Virus record (IMG/VR): IMGVR_UViG_3300033074_000580
Location: 1-64,000 of that record
Strand: one strand, 5' to 3'
Length of the DNA stretch: 64,000 bases
Origin: a virus
Taxonomy: Duplodnaviria; Heunggongvirae; Uroviricota; Caudoviricetes
Below are positions 60,531 through 64,000 of this stretch, in pieces. The notes beneath the pieces are model-generated. The model did no database searches. It saw nothing but the letters and a program-made list of their open reading frames with translations, and was not told the DNA's origin. The stretch's first letter is position 1, and every line of letters starts with the position of its first letter. A program made the translations under genes and the position numbers.

Positions 60531-61697
60531 TTAATAAATTAGTATGTCGTTATCTTCTGTAAATAGATATTCACCATTTTCAGTTGTTATACCTACTGAC
60601 GTAAATGCCGTTATTTCTTGACTACAAGGTGACTGACATTCGTTTATATTATAATTTGGATAAATTGTAGTTTTATAATGATGTTTAACGTGTACAAAAT
60701 CTAGAGGTTCTTCAAAATACTTAACCTGTAATAATGAGAATTCAGTATTACCCGTGTGTAAAGTATTATAACCAGTAGTTCCCCCACCCCAAGATTGTAT
60801 TATTTGATTTTCAGACTCTCTTAAAGACGGTATTACTTCTTCCCAATTTTTTAATTTATATATTGGTTTACCGTTTAGATAAATTGTTAATGTCCCTAAT
60901 CTATTTAATCTATTATTCCACCATTTTTTGTTTAACTCTTCGATAAACTCGTTTGTAATTGTTCCCCCACTCATCCAATCATAAATGTCGTTGCTTATGG
61001 TATAACCTGTCATTATTTGGGTTGATGTGGAACCGGTATCGTTTGGCGTATAGGAAACTGGATGTGGACCTAAAATTAAATCATTCCACCCACCTTCGTT
61101 TTCTATTTCACAATTATTATATTCATTATTTCTTGTAAATGTAATTGTAACATTAAAATCGGACGACGTACCACCGCTACATAATACTGGTGTTTGTCCT
61201 GATAATGTATAATATGATTCGGTATATCCCGATATGGTATCACAAACCCCCGAATAGTGGTATTTTTCCCATTTTATTCTACCGTCATTTGTAAATGAAA
61301 ATGATAGATTATTGTCCGCGTAGTATCTTTCATTGGTTTCCCCACTAATACCCCAATAATAGAATGTTGTTCCTCCAGACCAATTTATGCTTTCTTTATT
61401 AAAAACAAAATCTAATGTCCACCCCTTTTCTGTACGTCTTCTAACCGTAAAATCACACGTATCTCCCGTATAGTTATTGTTAATTTCATAAACCCACGGT
61501 TTAACATCATCTAATATATTTGTTAAACATGAAGAGTCCACAGTTAGTCCCGAATATAATATCTCAGTATTAAAATCCAACACCTCGGAATTGTAATCGT
61601 CGGTTATTTTGGACAGTTCAAAATCATATAATTCAGAATAATCCAATTTTAAATCCAATTTACTACCGTAAAACTTTAAAATATTTTGGTTTGCCAT
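60531..61697 (-). CDS. Virion protein with LamG/concanavalin-like fold
   Basis: GWTLDFVF, LGTLTIYLNG, YFEEPL; likely start MANQ at 61697 with TATTTATA upstream; 11 [ST]GxT motifs. Confidence 0.55.
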   Translation of the reverse strand: MANQNILKFYGSKLDLKLDYSELYDFELSKITDDYNSEVLDFNTEILYSGLTVDSSCLTNILDDVKPWVYEINNNYTGDTCDFTVRRRTEKGWTLDFVFNKESINWSGGTTFYYWGISGETNERYYADNNLSFSFTNDGRIKWEKYHYSGVCDTISGYTESYYTLSGQTPVLCSGGTSSDFNVTITFTRNNEYNNCEIENEGGWNDLILGPHPVSYTPNDTGSTSTQIMTGYTISNDIYDWMSGGTITNEFIEELNKKWWNNRLNRLGTLTIYLNGKPIYKLKNWEEVIPSLRESENQIIQSWGGGTTGYNTLHTGNTEFSLLQVKYFEEPLDFVHVKHHYKTTIYPNYNINECQSPCSQEITAFTSVGITTENGEYLFTEDNDILIY

Positions 61698-61751
61698 CGT
61701 TATATAAATATCTTTCATAACATTTGATATTTATATAAAAAGTGTATTTAC

Positions 61752-62504
61752 ATGAATAATTTTATAAAACAGGTTATTGAAGAGAAATTCGCCTCAAAAG
61801 CACAACAAAGATTCTTTTATGCGAAAGCAAACGAGAAGGGTGCATCCAAGAAAGAAAAAAAGAAATGGGGTAAATGGGCTAAAGAGTTTTCAGATAAGAC
61901 GGATTATGAAAAAATACCTGATAAAGTTGAAAATGAAGTTGAAGTTGACGAAATTGTTGACAAAAATGGTAATATAGCTAGAAGTAAGAAATCGACAGAT
62001 GCCAATACAAAAGGTATCACTTCAAATAAAACAACTGATGAAGTTGTTAAAACGGCTAGAGGTCAATCAGGTAGTTATCACACAAGTGGTACACAAAACT
62101 ACACAAGATATTGGGGTGAATCTGACATTTCTAAAGCTTTAGGTGCAAAAGACACAATTATTCAAGATTTACCATATGACGACGCAAAAGACCATATGGA
62201 AGATGATTTGGGTTTAGACGATAACGAAGCGGAAGAGAGATTAGCACAAATGGGATATGACAAAAAATTACCCGACGATAAAGTTAGACTTGTCGAAAAT
62301 CCTAAAAAATTTATGGAAGAATACATCGAAAGTGTATTGAAATCCAAAGGTAAGGATAATGATATCGTACCAAAAGAAGAAGAAATTGAAGAAAAAGAGA
62401 TAAATCCAATTATTTTAAAGCAATTAAAATCGTTAAAAAATAGTTTACAAAGTCATAATTTATCGGTGAATGATATTATGAAACACTTAAAAGACAATGA
62501 ATAA
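61752..62504 (+). CDS. Hypothetical charged protein (possible head-internal protein)
   Basis: N-terminal FIKQVIEE, FASKAQQRFFYA...KWAKEF...IPDKV motif. Confidence 0.6.
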   Translation: MNNFIKQVIEEKFASKAQQRFFYAKANEKGASKKEKKKWGKWAKEFSDKTDYEKIPDKVENEVEVDEIVDKNGNIARSKKSTDANTKGITSNKTTDEVVKTARGQSGSYHTSGTQNYTRYWGESDISKALGAKDTIIQDLPYDDAKDHMEDDLGLDDNEAEERLAQMGYDKKLPDDKVRLVENPKKFMEEYIESVLKSKGKDNDIVPKEEEIEEKEINPIILKQLKSLKNSLQSHNLSVNDIMKHLKDNE

Positions 62505-62994
62505 AGAATTAAATGGTAGGGTATTTGACATACCTGAAAACATATTACATAAAATTACACAGACGGTTAATAGTTTGGGTGGTCAACATATTCATGGTCT
62601 TAATAGAGCAAAAAAATTATTATCAGACAAAACTGTAAAATATAGTCAACTTAAAAGAATTATACATGATTTAAAAAACATGGATAAAACTGCAGATAGA
62701 GTTAGATATGACCTTTATGGTGGTGAATTGATGGATAATTGGTCTAAACAATTTTTAAAAGGAGAAAGGGATTTAATAAGTAATAGAAAAGACTCAAGAA
62801 AAAGGGCAGATGAAATTGGTGGAATAACAGGAGAAAGAAAAAATAGTCACCTTAAATCACATTCAAAAAAACCCGATTTTCTTCCATCTTTAAACATGGT
62901 TAAGAGTAATTCACATAAAAACTCAATTAGTCCTATTGTATCATTGGGATTATTTGAAGAAATACAAAAATTTAAAAAACTAATAAACTACTAA
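62497..62994 (+). CDS. Hypothetical basic protein
   Basis: 165 aa, C-terminal LFEEIQKFKKLINY. Confidence 0.6.
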   Translation: MNKELNGRVFDIPENILHKITQTVNSLGGQHIHGLNRAKKLLSDKTVKYSQLKRIIHDLKNMDKTADRVRYDLYGGELMDNWSKQFLKGERDLISNRKDSRKRADEIGGITGERKNSHLKSHSKKPDFLPSLNMVKSNSHKNSISPIVSLGLFEEIQKFKKLINY

Positions 62995-62995
62995 T

Positions 62996-63373
62996 ATGGC
63001 AACACAATTAGAATTATTGGCTCAAAAGTATAGAACAGAAGTTTTGGGACCAAACATCTACAAAGAAGATAAAGGATATTCATCGAATAACAAAAACGCG
63101 TTATCTGACGGTGATGCAAAAGGTAAAGGTGAATTAGACGGGTCAATAGGTTCTTCTGTTGACGTACAGAATAGAATTGATAATCTTAATAGAAATAGAT
63201 ATAATAACGGTAACGAATACTCATCAACTAATAAAGACGCAATATCTGACGGAGATGAATTTGGAAAAGGTGAATTAGATGGTTCTGTAGGTTCATCGAT
63301 TGATATTCAACAAAGAATTGATGCGGTTGGTAGAAATAAATTTAATGCAAAGAAGGGTTATCCTGATTTCTAA
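62996..63373 (+). CDS. Hypothetical protein made of two ~48 aa tandem repeats
   Basis: YSSNNKNALSDGDAKGKGELDGSIGSSVDVQNRID and YSSTNKDAISDGDEFGKGELDGSVGSSIDIQQRID. Confidence 0.7.
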   Translation: MATQLELLAQKYRTEVLGPNIYKEDKGYSSNNKNALSDGDAKGKGELDGSIGSSVDVQNRIDNLNRNRYNNGNEYSSTNKDAISDGDEFGKGELDGSVGSSIDIQQRIDAVGRNKFNAKKGYPDF

Positions 63374-63376
63374 TAT

Positions 63377-64000
63377 ATGATTTTTAACGATATACTCTTT
63401 AAAATACTTGAAGAGCAAAACATAATTAAAACAACTAAAACTAAACCTATTGTTAACGCGATTAAAAATAGGAATAAGATTAGTTTTTATTATAGTGGAC
63501 CAAGAAAGGGGAAAGACGGTGTTAAATCAGGATATCGTGTTAAAGTGGAACCAGTTGCAATTGGGTTAAGTAAAAAGGGTAACTTAATATTAAGAGGATA
63601 TACACAACCACCATCTACCACAAAAACCGGTTTCGCAAAACACGGATGGAGAACTTTTATTTTAGGTAGAATGAGTAACGTTCAAATTACCGATGAAGTC
63701 TTTAATCAAAAAAGACCAGGTTATAAAGAAGGTCCTGATGGTTCAATGACTACAACATATGTAACAGTAGATTGGGGTAAACAACCTGAGGTTAAAAAAC
63801 CAAGAATTGTTAAACCTAAACCAGTCGACGTGAAACCAGAGGTAAAACCTTCAGAACCAGAAGTAAAACCTCAACCTGAAAAAGTTGAACCTCAAAAACA
63901 AGAATTACCTCAACCAAAACCTGAGGTAAAACCACAAGCATCACCCGAACCCGAAAAGGAAATTCAGAAAGACGTTGAACTACCTCAACCAAAACCTGAG
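63377..64000 (+). CDS. WYL-domain protein with P/E/V/K-rich tail (truncated by window edge)
   Basis: Not in the ORF track. MIFNDILFKILEEQ...IVNAIKNRNKISFYY...RVKVEPVAIG....LILRGY...GWRTFILGRMSNV, then KPEVKP repeats. Confidence 0.75.
   Translation, partial: MIFNDILFKILEEQNIIKTTKTKPIVNAIKNRNKISFYYSGPRKGKDGVKSGYRVKVEPVAIGLSKKGNLILRGYTQPPSTTKTGFAKHGWRTFILGRMSNVQITDEVFNQKRPGYKEGPDGSMTTTYVTVDWGKQPEVKKPRIVKPKPVDVKPEVKPSEPEVKPQPEKVEPQKQELPQPKPEVKPQASPEPEKEIQKDVELPQPKPE

Noticed and set aside
50575-61718. Longest-ORF starts at 51882, 52343, 55186 and 61718
   Set aside because: They overlap neighbours or include the upstream TATTTAT motif; downstream ATGs at 51810, 52373, 55237 and 61697 fit better.
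1-64000. Stop-codon reassignment, introns or inteins
   Set aside because: Core genes (polB, nrdA/B, helicase, recA, sheath) are intact and of normal length in the standard code, and TAG and TGA both occur as apparent real stops.
1-64000. tRNA, rRNA, integrase or transposase genes
   Set aside because: No cloverleaf/T-loop signature in the few intergenic gaps and no recombinase or transposase motifs were recognised by eye.

Overview
A 64 kb, AT-rich, gene-dense fragment of a large lytic-type myovirus (contractile-tailed, distantly T4-like/jumbo phage), standard genetic code. A Bacteroidota/Flavobacteria host is inferred from SprB-repeat domains in a fibre gene, the lack of Shine-Dalgarno motifs and the RNR type. 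From left to right (mostly minus strand): a RuvC-like resolvase; a baseplate/fibre module with two mucin-like Thr-Pro fibre proteins, gp6 and gp25; a replication block (NrdA/NrdB, DnaB-like helicase, 5'-3' exonuclease, RecA/UvsX, gp32-like SSB); hub, LysM/gp53-like and tube-initiator genes; tape measure, tail chaperone, tube and sheath; neck genes; a SNF2 helicase; a family B DNA polymerase; and candidate head-internal proteins including a WYL protein. Main unexplained signals: (1) a [ST]-G-x-T motif strongly enriched in outward-facing virion proteins and nearly absent from enzymes, tube and tape measure, together with mucin-like TPT stalks punctuated by a Cys cassette, suggesting a virion-wide modification (glycosylation) code; (2) a chromosomal-type parS palindrome beside a promoter and an AT-rich CYAGTW repeat array (candidate origin) between the sheath and tube genes; (3) a +1/-2 frameshift candidate in the tail chaperone; (4) a ~95 nt structured RNA candidate after nrdA; (5) a late-gene motif TATTTAT(A/T), the reverse complement of the T4 late promoter. 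All calls come from reading the sequence by eye; no database searches were run.
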